Positions 1-8,892 of a stretch of 64,000 nucleotides of DNA are shown here, piece by piece. The position numbers and the translations under genes are program-made. Each line of letters begins with the position of its first letter. Position 1 is the first letter of the stretch. A model generated the notes under the pieces. That model worked only from the letters and a program-made list of their open reading frames with translations. It was not told the DNA's origin and searched no databases. Source of the DNA: a virus; IMG/VR virus record IMGVR_UViG_3300044648_000427; one strand, 5' to 3'.

Positions 1-1
1 T

Positions 2-3000
2 GGTGCAAAAGTTAATGAATTCTTCACAGTTCTTGGAGAGGTAAGGAGTAAAGGTGGAGATGTAGTATCTACTGCTGGAGAAATCGGTTTAGCATTTACT
101 GATATTACTTCAAGACTTGATACTGCTAGACCAGCAGTACAAAATGCAATTTCAGTATTTGAAGATTTGGCTTCAAGCGGGCAATTTACCGCAGAAGAAA
201 TCGTTACAGCAATGGAGAATATGAGAAATGGTGTTGCTACTAATCTTCAAGGATTAAATGCTGAACAACAATTAGCTATGACAATTTTGACTAACTTTTT
301 CTATTTATTAGAAGGAGGAAGTGATGCAGAATTCTTTGATTTTCTTGCAACTAAAGGTATACCTGCTGTAAAAGGTTTGGCTGAAGAGGTTAAAGAAACC
401 AGTATCAGTATAGATGAATTTAATAAACAGATGCAACAAGCAGCAAATGATCAAGATGCTGTAGGTGCTCAATTTAATAAAACTTGGAATGAAATAAAAG
501 ATGTTGTACAAAATACTACAGACCCAACAAAAATTGAAGCATGGATCGAAAAACTTCAACAAATGGCAAATATTGAAGGAATTGATCCAAAAGTCAAAGC
601 TTTGATTGAAGAATTTATTCCCGTACTAACATTTTACAAGGATAACTTGGATGAAATAGGTAAATCGCAAGATGAGTTATCTAATATAACTCTTGCTCAC
701 GCACAAGCAGTAGGAGTAGATATGCAAACACTAGGGCCATTATTAGAACTTAAACGACAAGATATTGATCTTACAAATGAACAAATAATTGCAACCCAAA
801 ATAAAATAGCTAATCAAGCAACATCTAATGCAATGTCTTTGAGTGAAGAAGAAGCTGAGATACGCAAGAATCAAGCATATTATCAGACAATAATGTCACT
901 TACTGAAATGCAGGGAAAAGCACAGGAACAAATAGGAGTACAAGAAGCATTAGCTGCATCAGTACATGTACTAGAGGCTACATATGGTACGACATGGCCT
1001 GAAGGACTAGCTGTAACTGCTGAAAATATACAGATGGTTATATCTGCTGAAGAAGGTTTAATAAGTGCTCAAGAAGGTGTTGCTGCGGCACAAGTGGAAG
1101 CAGCAGGTGGGCTTACAGCTATGCAACAAGCAGAATTAGATCTTACTAATTCAATTGAAGAAAGTGCGAGAGCTTTAGGTGTAAGCCAAGCTGCGTTGAT
1201 TAGATATAATAGTGCAAAGAATCAATTTGGTATTGCTACAAATCAAGCAAGAAATCAATTATTAGCAGAAGGTCAAGCTGCAAATATCGCTGGAAGAAAT
1301 CTTCAAGGTATGGGATTTAGTATGCAACAAGCTAGAGCTGCAACATTAGGAGGTCAAGCACAGTTTAGAGCATTTGCAACAACTGTTCAAACTGATGCAG
1401 CTAGATCTAGATCATACGCACATGCATTAGCTCAAGCTCTTATTCAATTGGGTATGTCTGCTGCCAAAGCTTTTGCGATGGTACGTCAATCAATCGCTGC
1501 CGGAGAACAAGCCTACAAATTCCTCAAAACAGGTATGGGTTCTATGCCTGATATGAATATGAAGAAGTTTGGCGGAGGCGGCGGCGGTGGTGGCGGTGGT
1601 GGAGGTGGCGGAGGCTCCAAACAGAAAATTACCAAAGAAGAAAAAGAAGATATGCGTGAACAAGCCATACAGGATGCAATTAAAGAAGAAGCCGCAGTAA
1701 ATAGTTTGGTAAAATCCCTTATCGATGAAACTAGTGCAATACACAAATTAGGTTTGGAAACTGGCCTTAGTAGAAAGGAAATGGAACAATTTCAAAAGGC
1801 TACAGATGAATTTGGAATAGCTACCGAGAAGGCAAGAATTGAAATGCTTCTACTTATAGAAGCTCAATCAAAACAGCTTAAATTCCTTACTGATAGTACT
1901 GCAATTTATAAAGATTATATAAGGGCTAATATTGAAGGTATTACTAAGGCTAATGATTTTACTAGAGAAGTTAGATCTAATGTAAGATCGCTTGAAGCAC
2001 AACGAGAACAACTTTTCCAGATTACAAGAGCTTTAGGTATTACTCTTCCTTCCGCTTTACGTCCAACTGTAAAGAATCTTCAAGATTTAATTGCTGCATC
2101 TTATGGTAGTGAAGAAGCTATGGAAGCTTTACGTAAGAGTGCGTTGAGTGCAACAGACTTTTATCGTAAAACAATTGCTGATGCAAAGAAAGCAATTACT
2201 GACGCAAAGTTTGAAGAATTCGTAAAGAAGGAATTATTGTTTGAAAATCTTGGAGATGAATTTTTCAGGAATGTAAGTAGAGAACTTCAAGCTGAAATGA
2301 AATTAGATTCAATTTCTGATCAGCTTCAGAAACAGCTTGGATTAATTCAATTAAATCCAAAAATGTTTGAAATGAATGTCAGTGAAGCGGAATTGCGTGG
2401 TGGTGTACAAAACACTATTACTATGATTGAGGAAACAATTAGAGGTAGTGAAAGATTGACCGCTGCGTGGCAGCCGATATTAGATGGATTATATTCTGTA
2501 CTTAATGCTCCTGATGCTCATGATGCTATACAGGGTTTTGCACAACAATTCCCTGATATAATGGAACCCGCTTTGCTGGGCGTAGAAGAAGCTATGAAAG
2601 GTGTAGATACACAAATAGATGCTACATTTGATGATACTGCTAAAGAGAATGCTGCTGCTTATACAGAAACTGTAGAAAATCTTAAAGATAAAACTGAAGA
2701 GTTATATGAAGAATTACTTAAGGAAGCTAAAGCTGCAAATGAGGCCAGTAATTCCATGGGTGGCGGTGGAGGAGGAGGCGGCCTCGGTGGAGCGATGGGT
2801 GAAGCTATGGATGCAACTAATGATCTTACAATGGCAATGGGGCAAGTTGAACCAACTCTTTCTCAAATTACTGCTGCAACAGAAGTAGCAGCAGGAATTA
2901 TACCCGGTGAGTTTCAAGCCTTACCTCCTGCTATAAGACCTACATGGGAAACAATGCAACGTGACGCAGTAGCAACAATGATTCAGATGGGCACCTCCTT

Positions 3001-4399
3001 TGATCAACTTCCTCCAAGTCTTCAACAGGCTGTAGCTAAAATGCCTCCAGAAATGAGAGCAGCACTTGGTATTATGGAAAATGAAGCAGGAGCAACTACG
3101 GCAACAATAGCTGATGACTTTACAATACTTCCTCCAGCGGCAGGAGATGCAGGAACGGGGATGGTAGACGAGTTTGGTAATGCTATACCCGGTATATCAG
3201 ATGCTACTAAAACTGCTACAGATGATTCTATTACACAATTAGCTACACTTGCTCCAGAAGGAACTACAACTGGTAAAGATACTGCTACTAACTTAGATAC
3301 TGCACTTCAACAAGCTAAAGAATATGTTAGTGCTATAGTTGTAGAAATGGGAACAAGATTTTATAAGCTTGCTGAATTTGTTCAAAACACGTTTAATCCC
3401 AATTTTGCTACAATTGTAGATCAGGGGTTTGCTCAATTACCGCCACTTGTAGAAGTTCATGTAACTCAAATGCAGACTAATTATGATGTTCTTCAAACTT
3501 CTATGCCTGCTTCTACACAAACAACTGTAGATTCAGTAAACCTTGTACTTGATCAACTTCCCATTCATATGACAGGAGTAGTGAATATTATGCAAGTTAA
3601 TTATACTACTGGAATGCAAAAAATACAAATGCAAACTCAAACTACAATTAATGATATAACTACTCGTCTTGGTACTCTTGGCCCAGTAACTACAGGTATA
3701 GTAAATGAAATGGTTAAACAATTTACAACTGGAATGGCCAAATTCCCTCCTGCTGCACAACAAGCGGTTAATGCAGTAACTAATTCATTGGGAACATTAG
3801 TTCAAGTTACGGCTAATATTACTGCTAGAATGGCTCAATCATTTGCTCAACTTGCTTCTCAAGCAGCTCAACATATGGCTAGTCTACAAAAAGCGGCAGA
3901 AAAGAATTGGGATGCAATGGCAAAAGCGTCTGAAAAGGCAGCTCAAAGGGCAACCAAAGCAGTAAAAAGTATTCCAACATATCACCTCACTATACATGAA
4001 ATCCGTACGGTTCGTACTGGTGGTGGTAGTTTTGCAGAGGGAGGTGTTCAAATTGTTGATCATCCTTCTCACTTTACAGTTGGTGAAGGTGGTAGACCTG
4101 AGATCGTAAGTGTGATTCCACTTAAATCAGATATATTTGATAATAATGGTAAGGCGGATATGAGTCTTGATCTTAGTGGAACTGCTGATAGGATTTCCGA
4201 GACTCTGAAAATGCCCGGCCCTGAAGTTATGAATAATCCTTCTGCTGCTGTATCATTTAAATCTGCTGATATTGGCGGTGGAGGAGGAGGTTCAAGAACA
4301 ATTAATCTTAATATTAACCAACCAATTATTATGAATGACAGAGAGATTGGACGTAACATCGTTAACCAAACTTTCACTGATATGGATGGACAAACCTAA
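2..4399 (+). CDS. Tail tape measure protein (5'-truncated by window edge)
   Basis: Frame is open from nt 2 through the listed TTG at 167. Over 1460 aa, Ala/Gln-rich and helical. C-terminal FAEGG..VGEGGRPEIVSVIPL motif is typical of tape measure proteins. Followed by tail genes. Confidence 0.9.
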   Translation, partial: GAKVNEFFTVLGEVRSKGGDVVSTAGEIGLAFTDITSRLDTARPAVQNAISVFEDLASSGQFTAEEIVTAMENMRNGVATNLQGLNAEQQLAMTILTNFFYLLEGGSDAEFFDFLATKGIPAVKGLAEEVKETSISIDEFNKQMQQAANDQDAVGAQFNKTWNEIKDVVQNTTDPTKIEAWIEKLQQMANIEGIDPKVKALIEEFIPVLTFYKDNLDEIGKSQDELSNITLAHAQAVGVDMQTLGPLLELKRQDIDLTNEQIIATQNKIANQATSNAMSLSEEEAEIRKNQAYYQTIMSLTEMQGKAQEQIGVQEALAASVHVLEATYGTTWPEGLAVTAENIQMVISAEEGLISAQEGVAAAQVEAAGGLTAMQQAELDLTNSIEESARALGVSQAALIRYNSAKNQFGIATNQARNQLLAEGQAANIAGRNLQGMGFSMQQARAATLGGQAQFRAFATTVQTDAARSRSYAHALAQALIQLGMSAAKAFAMVRQSIAAGEQAYKFLKTGMGSMPDMNMKKFGGGGGGGGGGGGGGGSKQKITKEEKEDMREQAIQDAIKEEAAVNSLVKSLIDETSAIHKLGLETGLSRKEMEQFQKATDEFGIATEKARIEMLLLIEAQSKQLKFLTDSTAIYKDYIRANIEGITKANDFTREVRSNVRSLEAQREQLFQITRALGITLPSALRPTVKNLQDLIAASYGSEEAMEALRKSALSATDFYRKTIADAKKAITDAKFEEFVKKELLFENLGDEFFRNVSRELQAEMKLDSISDQLQKQLGLIQLNPKMFEMNVSEAELRGGVQNTITMIEETIRGSERLTAAWQPILDGLYSVLNAPDAHDAIQGFAQQFPDIMEPALLGVEEAMKGVDTQIDATFDDTAKENAAAYTETVENLKDKTEELYEELLKEAKAANEASNSMGGGGGGGGLGGAMGEAMDATNDLTMAMGQVEPTLSQITAATEVAAGIIPGEFQALPPAIRPTWETMQRDAVATMIQMGTSFDQLPPSLQQAVAKMPPEMRAALGIMENEAGATTATIADDFTILPPAAGDAGTGMVDEFGNAIPGISDATKTATDDSITQLATLAPEGTTTGKDTATNLDTALQQAKEYVSAIVVEMGTRFYKLAEFVQNTFNPNFATIVDQGFAQLPPLVEVHVTQMQTNYDVLQTSMPASTQTTVDSVNLVLDQLPIHMTGVVNIMQVNYTTGMQKIQMQTQTTINDITTRLGTLGPVTTGIVNEMVKQFTTGMAKFPPAAQQAVNAVTNSLGTLVQVTANITARMAQSFAQLASQAAQHMASLQKAAEKNWDAMAKASEKAAQRATKAVKSIPTYHLTIHEIRTVRTGGGSFAEGGVQIVDHPSHFTVGEGGRPEIVSVIPLKSDIFDNNGKADMSLDLSGTADRISETLKMPGPEVMNNPSAAVSFKSADIGGGGGGSRTINLNINQPIIMNDREIGRNIVNQTFTDMDGQT

Positions 4400-4439
4400 C
4401 CTTTTACTTCTCTTTTGTTGAGTATATGTTTTTTCCTTT

Positions 4440-6197
4440 GTGGTTATTCTTACTACTAGTGACGATCAATATATTGAACCTTTAAGAGTTAAAGTAGTAT
4501 TCAACGATCGAAAAGATACAATCACATATTATACTTTTGATTCGTTTGTTTATCCCAATACCATTAACATTATGTATGTTGATGTGAGTTTGGGAATTGG
4601 TCAAACTGGAACTTTCAAAATTGAGATTGAAGATTCAGCAAAGGCTATTGATTATCACGCCTTACTTGCAATGAAAATTTATATTTATGCTGGTAAAACT
4701 CAACAATCTTATACACCTTTAATTGTTGGAGTAATTCGTTCTGTTGAACAAAGTAGAGACGATACAGGTCTTCAAACTTATATTTTAAGTGGATATGGAT
4801 TAGCAATCGTATTTAATGAAACAGTTGTAAACTGGAGAAAAAGTGCCTTTAGACAAAGCCTTGATTCACTCAATCCTTCATTACAGGATATTTCTCACGA
4901 AGCTAATAATCTTGTCCGTCATCTTGTTACCAGTAGAGATGTATTCCCATTGCAGAACAGCGAATCAATTATTGAAAGATATAATCTGAGTGCTGATGCG
5001 ATTGATATTAGGGTAAAAGATTTTCTTTCTACAATTAATGAACAGAATGTTGAATCTTCTCATACAATGAATTTGTTGAGTAATGCCGTAGGTGGAATGT
5101 GGGGAGTGGATAGATTTGGTAGAGTGTTTTATAAATATGCTCAGTTTGAATATTCACCAATTGTAGTTAAAGATACTGTTGAGTCAACTGATCTTGCGGA
5201 TCGTACGTCATATTTTGCTGGGGCATGGAAAAGACTTATAAGTATCAAGAAAGAGGATGGATTTAGTAATAGGCTTTTCGCTAAAACTTCTTCACAGACA
5301 ATTGAAACTTTTATTGAATTAAATTCTCAAGGTTCTACGCCATTACTTGATAAGGCTGCTGCCCAAATGTGGGTTCCTAGTGCTAGCAAATTTACTAACA
5401 TGGGATTTTTGCTCCGTAAAGTAGGTGATCCTAAATCAACTCCAAGAAACATCGTTCAGGGAAGGATTGTTCATGATAACGGAGGCTATCCAACTGGATC
5501 GGAGGTTATAAGTTTTACTATTCCAATTGAAGATATAAAGAGAACACCAACTCCAATTTATCAATTTGATATTAATTTTGCGGGGGTCGATGTTACCGTA
5601 GGGCAAAAATATTGGGTAATACTCTTCCGTAGAGGAAGCAATAACAAAAATTACGTTGAATGGTTACACAATAATGACTTTAGTACTAATACAGAAGCAA
5701 TAAATAGAGTTAGTGCAGTATCAGATCCCAACGGAGATTATTCTTCATGGCCGGGTCTGAGGTGGAATTTACATAATTCCGGCCCCGTATATGCTTTTGC
5801 TACTTTTGATTCTCTTTCTCACTTGGTCTATGCGGAAGATCCTGTAAGCGTTGATAGGTATGGGCCGATTGAAAGCTTTATTGATGTTAGAGGTTTAGAT
5901 GATAACAGAACGATTGACAAATATTTACACACTTATTTACAATTTTCAGCACGTCCTATCATCTTTTACACTATTAATCGTGTTACAATTCCTGATAGTC
6001 TATTTATGCCGGGGCAACTTATCACCATCGTAGATAATTTAGGCGGTATGGAAAGATCAAAAAATATCAGTGCAGAAATTCAAGAAGTTAGATATGAATT
6101 TAATGTTGCTGAAGATGGACTTGGAACAAGGTACTGTGAAATCAGACCATTAGGATATTATGATCACCTGTTTGATTTGGAGGGTGTTTGTAGTTGA
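4440..6197 (+). CDS. Putative baseplate hub/tail-tip protein with internal beta-sandwich insert
   Basis: Directly after the TMP. Beta-rich, with the hub-like C-terminal pattern SVDRYG..E and PGQLITI. Confidence 0.6.
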   Translation: MVILTTSDDQYIEPLRVKVVFNDRKDTITYYTFDSFVYPNTINIMYVDVSLGIGQTGTFKIEIEDSAKAIDYHALLAMKIYIYAGKTQQSYTPLIVGVIRSVEQSRDDTGLQTYILSGYGLAIVFNETVVNWRKSAFRQSLDSLNPSLQDISHEANNLVRHLVTSRDVFPLQNSESIIERYNLSADAIDIRVKDFLSTINEQNVESSHTMNLLSNAVGGMWGVDRFGRVFYKYAQFEYSPIVVKDTVESTDLADRTSYFAGAWKRLISIKKEDGFSNRLFAKTSSQTIETFIELNSQGSTPLLDKAAAQMWVPSASKFTNMGFLLRKVGDPKSTPRNIVQGRIVHDNGGYPTGSEVISFTIPIEDIKRTPTPIYQFDINFAGVDVTVGQKYWVILFRRGSNNKNYVEWLHNNDFSTNTEAINRVSAVSDPNGDYSSWPGLRWNLHNSGPVYAFATFDSLSHLVYAEDPVSVDRYGPIESFIDVRGLDDNRTIDKYLHTYLQFSARPIIFYTINRVTIPDSLFMPGQLITIVDNLGGMERSKNISAEIQEVRYEFNVAEDGLGTRYCEIRPLGYYDHLFDLEGVCS

Positions 6198-6910
6198 AAG
6201 TACATAGTTCAGGTGGAATTAACCATTTCGATGTTGGGTATGAAGCGTTATGGGATAAAAGTGATTATAATAAAATTTCTAAACATTTTAATGAAATTAA
6301 TCAATTAACAAAAGAAATTAAAAATTTAACTATTAATAAATTTATATATCCCAAAGAACATATGATTAATTTTCAGATAGAAGATGAGATTAATTTTATT
6401 AAGCAAAAAAAATCAAGTTTAGTAAATATTTTTGAGGATCAACTTGAAAGAAGTTATAATGATCAAACTACTGTAATTGAACCACATGAAATAAATAAAT
6501 ATATAATTCCATTGAAAGTTAATAAACAAATTGATAGAGTTGTAGCTAGTGGTATGGCAAGACTAGCAGAGTTTTCAGTTGGTGAAAGTACCCAATTCTT
6601 TAATCATTATTCAGCGGGAACAGGAACGACTCCAGTTTATGCATCTGATACTGCACTTGTAGAAGAACTTGTAAGAGTTTCTATCGAACAGCAGGGTTAC
6701 GCAACAGCGTCAGGAGCGGTAATAAAATTTGGGGCGTACTTTCCCCCCGGTGTGCAAACAGCGACGATTACAGAAGCTGGAGTATTTGATCAGATGGTCG
6801 CAGGAGTTATGTTATTTAGGGTCGTTTACCCACTAGAAAAATCTCTGAACCATGTGCAATCTATAACTTTTTTTACATTATCACATGCAATATATATGTC
6901 TTCAATCTAG
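6194..6910 (+). CDS. Tail/baseplate protein with tail-collar-fibre-like domain
   Basis: C-terminal GTGTT..DTAL..E..R...ITEAGVF..G.ML motif recognised from phage tail-fibre N-termini. 4-nt overlap with the upstream gene. Confidence 0.6.
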   Translation: MKVHSSGGINHFDVGYEALWDKSDYNKISKHFNEINQLTKEIKNLTINKFIYPKEHMINFQIEDEINFIKQKKSSLVNIFEDQLERSYNDQTTVIEPHEINKYIIPLKVNKQIDRVVASGMARLAEFSVGESTQFFNHYSAGTGTTPVYASDTALVEELVRVSIEQQGYATASGAVIKFGAYFPPGVQTATITEAGVFDQMVAGVMLFRVVYPLEKSLNHVQSITFFTLSHAIYMSSI

Positions 6911-6917
6911 ACATATA

Positions 6918-7751
6918 TTATATTCCTCTTTTATTTAAATTTTTAATATATGTACAAATATTATTATCTTGTTTATTTATATATTGTAACATCATTTCAC
7001 CTTGGATTTTCTTGGTTACTAAATATGGAATAAAATGTGGAAGTAATGTAACAATATTATCAATTTTTCTTGTTTTTAGATCGTAAATTGGATTCCAATT
7101 ATTATTAGATTTGTTGATTTTTACAATAGATAGAGTTGCTAAAGGTTTTAATAATTCCCTAATTGATTTTACTAAATATGAATTTGTATTGACTAAGAAT
7201 GATAAAATTGGGGTATAAGTATTTCTTCTTCGATCAAACCCAAAACATATACTTCCTTCAGAATCTATAATACCCGAAATAAAACTTTTTTGTGTTTCAG
7301 TTAAGTTTTTTATTTTTATTATATCATTAATATCTAAATAATTATCTTTATTTTTTAATATATTTATACTCTTTCCATTCATTTTTTTACATTCTTGATG
7401 ATTTTTTTCACACTCTATTCCCTTGCACACATTTATAAGATTTTCAATTCTTGATTTTTTTGATATTAAATATGGATTAATAATTTCTGATAATCTAATT
7501 AAATCATTTATATTATATATCTCTATACTATGTCTGGGTTTATGAAGTGAAGATCTAGATCGTTTAGATACATTATAAGTATATTTATAGTTATCCTTAT
7601 TAAGAATATTAATAATATAATTTATAGTTTTTTCAGATGTATTAATAATTGATATACACTTTCTATACCATATTCCTTTATCTCGTCCAATATAAATTGA
7701 TCCATCTCCCTCAATAAACCCAGCTAAATACGCAGCTTCAGTATCTTTCAA
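6918..7751 (-). CDS. Free-standing double-motif LAGLIDADG homing endonuclease
   Basis: YLAGFIEGDGSI and FISGIIDSEGSI motifs. Very AT-rich and antisense to the tail operon. Confidence 0.85.
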   Translation of the reverse strand: MKDTEAAYLAGFIEGDGSIYIGRDKGIWYRKCISIINTSEKTINYIINILNKDNYKYTYNVSKRSRSSLHKPRHSIEIYNINDLIRLSEIINPYLISKKSRIENLINVCKGIECEKNHQECKKMNGKSINILKNKDNYLDINDIIKIKNLTETQKSFISGIIDSEGSICFGFDRRRNTYTPILSFLVNTNSYLVKSIRELLKPLATLSIVKINKSNNNWNPIYDLKTRKIDNIVTLLPHFIPYLVTKKIQGEMMLQYINKQDNNICTYIKNLNKRGI

Positions 7752-7800
7752 TTACTCTTTTTTAACAACATTTATATTTAAGCATTCCTATAATTTCTTT

Positions 7801-7908
7801 ATGAGATCCTTTCCCGAATTTTGCCCTTTATGTAAGAACAAGTTTTGGCAATATAATCATGGTAAAGGATATTATACTTGTTCAAGATGTCCTTATACAG
7901 TTGAGTAA
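7801..7908 (+). CDS. 35-aa Zn-ribbon microprotein (not in ORF track)
   Basis: MRSFPEFCPLCKNKFWQYNHGKGYYTCSRCPYTVE; TTTATA box about 30 nt upstream. Confidence 0.65.
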   Translation: MRSFPEFCPLCKNKFWQYNHGKGYYTCSRCPYTVE

Positions 7909-7942
7909 AAACCTTTATATTTAGCTATACCTATTATTCCTT

Positions 7943-8110
7943 ATGGATAAAATTGACCAATATGTGAATGACTTACTTGAAGCATTATATGTTGATCCTC
8001 ACAATAAGGATTATAAGATAACAGTAAATGCTGTATATTTAGCCGGTGAATTAATGGATAAAGGTTATTGTAGAATATCTGATGAAAATAAAAAAAGATT
8101 AGGTTGGTAA
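7943..8110 (+). CDS. 55-aa hypothetical protein (not in ORF track)
   Basis: Open frame MDKIDQY..RLGW with its own AAACCTTTATAT promoter at about 7908-7920. Confidence 0.6.
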   Translation: MDKIDQYVNDLLEALYVDPHNKDYKITVNAVYLAGELMDKGYCRISDENKKRLGW

Positions 8111-8150
8111 ATAAGAAAGACTTATATTATACAACTCTTATTTATATTTT

Positions 8151-8555
8151 ATGGTTACTGCTGAAGAACTAGTAAGATTCCACGAACAAGTTTGTAACAA
8201 GGCAAGAAGTCTTGTGACACCAAAAGGCAAGGATTATAGTTTAAATCACGAAAAAGATACATTAGCTAATCTTCGTATTCCCGCTAAACGTGGACGTACA
8301 AAAAATGATATTGAAACTATGAAAGTAATATTGGATCTTAAGGATGGAAGATTAGATTCTCTAACGGCAGATTTAAATAAGCCTATTAACTATGAAACAG
8401 TTGATGAAACGGTTTATGATAAAATTAATTATTTAATTTATTTACTTTATTTTTATCATGAACTAAAGTCAAAACGAACTTCTGCTCCAAGCATTCAAGC
8501 TATCGAAGCAGGAAGAATACAGTTTGGGGAATCAGGAATAGAAGAGGATCTTTAA
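8151..8555 (+). CDS. Nucleotide-modification-associated domain 1 (DUF1599/Nmad1)-like all-alpha protein
   Basis: K.xDY...DTLAN...K..RL...ETVDET..D.INY pattern. Confidence 0.65.
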   Translation: MVTAEELVRFHEQVCNKARSLVTPKGKDYSLNHEKDTLANLRIPAKRGRTKNDIETMKVILDLKDGRLDSLTADLNKPINYETVDETVYDKINYLIYLLYFYHELKSKRTSAPSIQAIEAGRIQFGESGIEEDL

Positions 8556-8722
8556 TCCACGAACTCAAATTTTATTCCACTATCATAGAGTAATTCTACA
8601 ATAGATTCATCTCCTTCAATTATCATTCCATCGAGCTTTATAGGCTTAGAATTTTTATTAGCATAAACTAGAAGGTGTTTAGCTTTAGCGAGGTTTTCAT
8701 AATCTAAGAATCTAATTTTCAT
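8552..8722 (-). CDS. 56-aa hypothetical protein (not in ORF track)
   Basis: Open frame MKIRFLDY..EFVD on the minus strand, with a TTTATAAA box about 30 nt upstream. Confidence 0.55.
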   Translation of the reverse strand: MKIRFLDYENLAKAKHLLVYANKNSKPIKLDGMIIEGDESIVELLYDSGIKFEFVD

Positions 8723-8760
8723 TAGTTGATTTATTTAAACACTAATTTATAAACGTTGTT

Positions 8761-8892
8761 ATGAGTTTTAAATATTTTCGCCCTGCTATACGAGGTCATG
8801 GCCCAAATTGTAAATGCAGTTTAGATTTTGGTGGGTGCGTTATAAAGAAACTTATTGAAAAACTAGAAAGGTTTGAGGAGCAAAATAAATGA
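8761..8892 (+). CDS. 43-aa peptide resembling the N-terminus of the downstream adhesin (not in ORF track)
   Basis: MSFKYFR..IKKLIEKLERFE versus MSFQDFR..IKALLQRLEKFE; ATGA overlap with 8889. Confidence 0.65.
   Translation: MSFKYFRPAIRGHGPNCKCSLDFGGCVIKKLIEKLERFEEQNK

Noticed and set aside
308-4377. Antisense and alternate-frame ORFs inside the tape measure gene (also those inside 8889, 13311, 21469, 30708, 32631, nrdJ, 44097 and 49173)
   Set aside because: Shadow frames of long genes with clear motifs; they have no promoters or recognisable motifs.
6918-7751. Group I or archaeal intron around the LAGLIDADG ORF
   Set aside because: The flanking genes are intact, the ORF is intergenic and antisense, and no structured flanks are visible.
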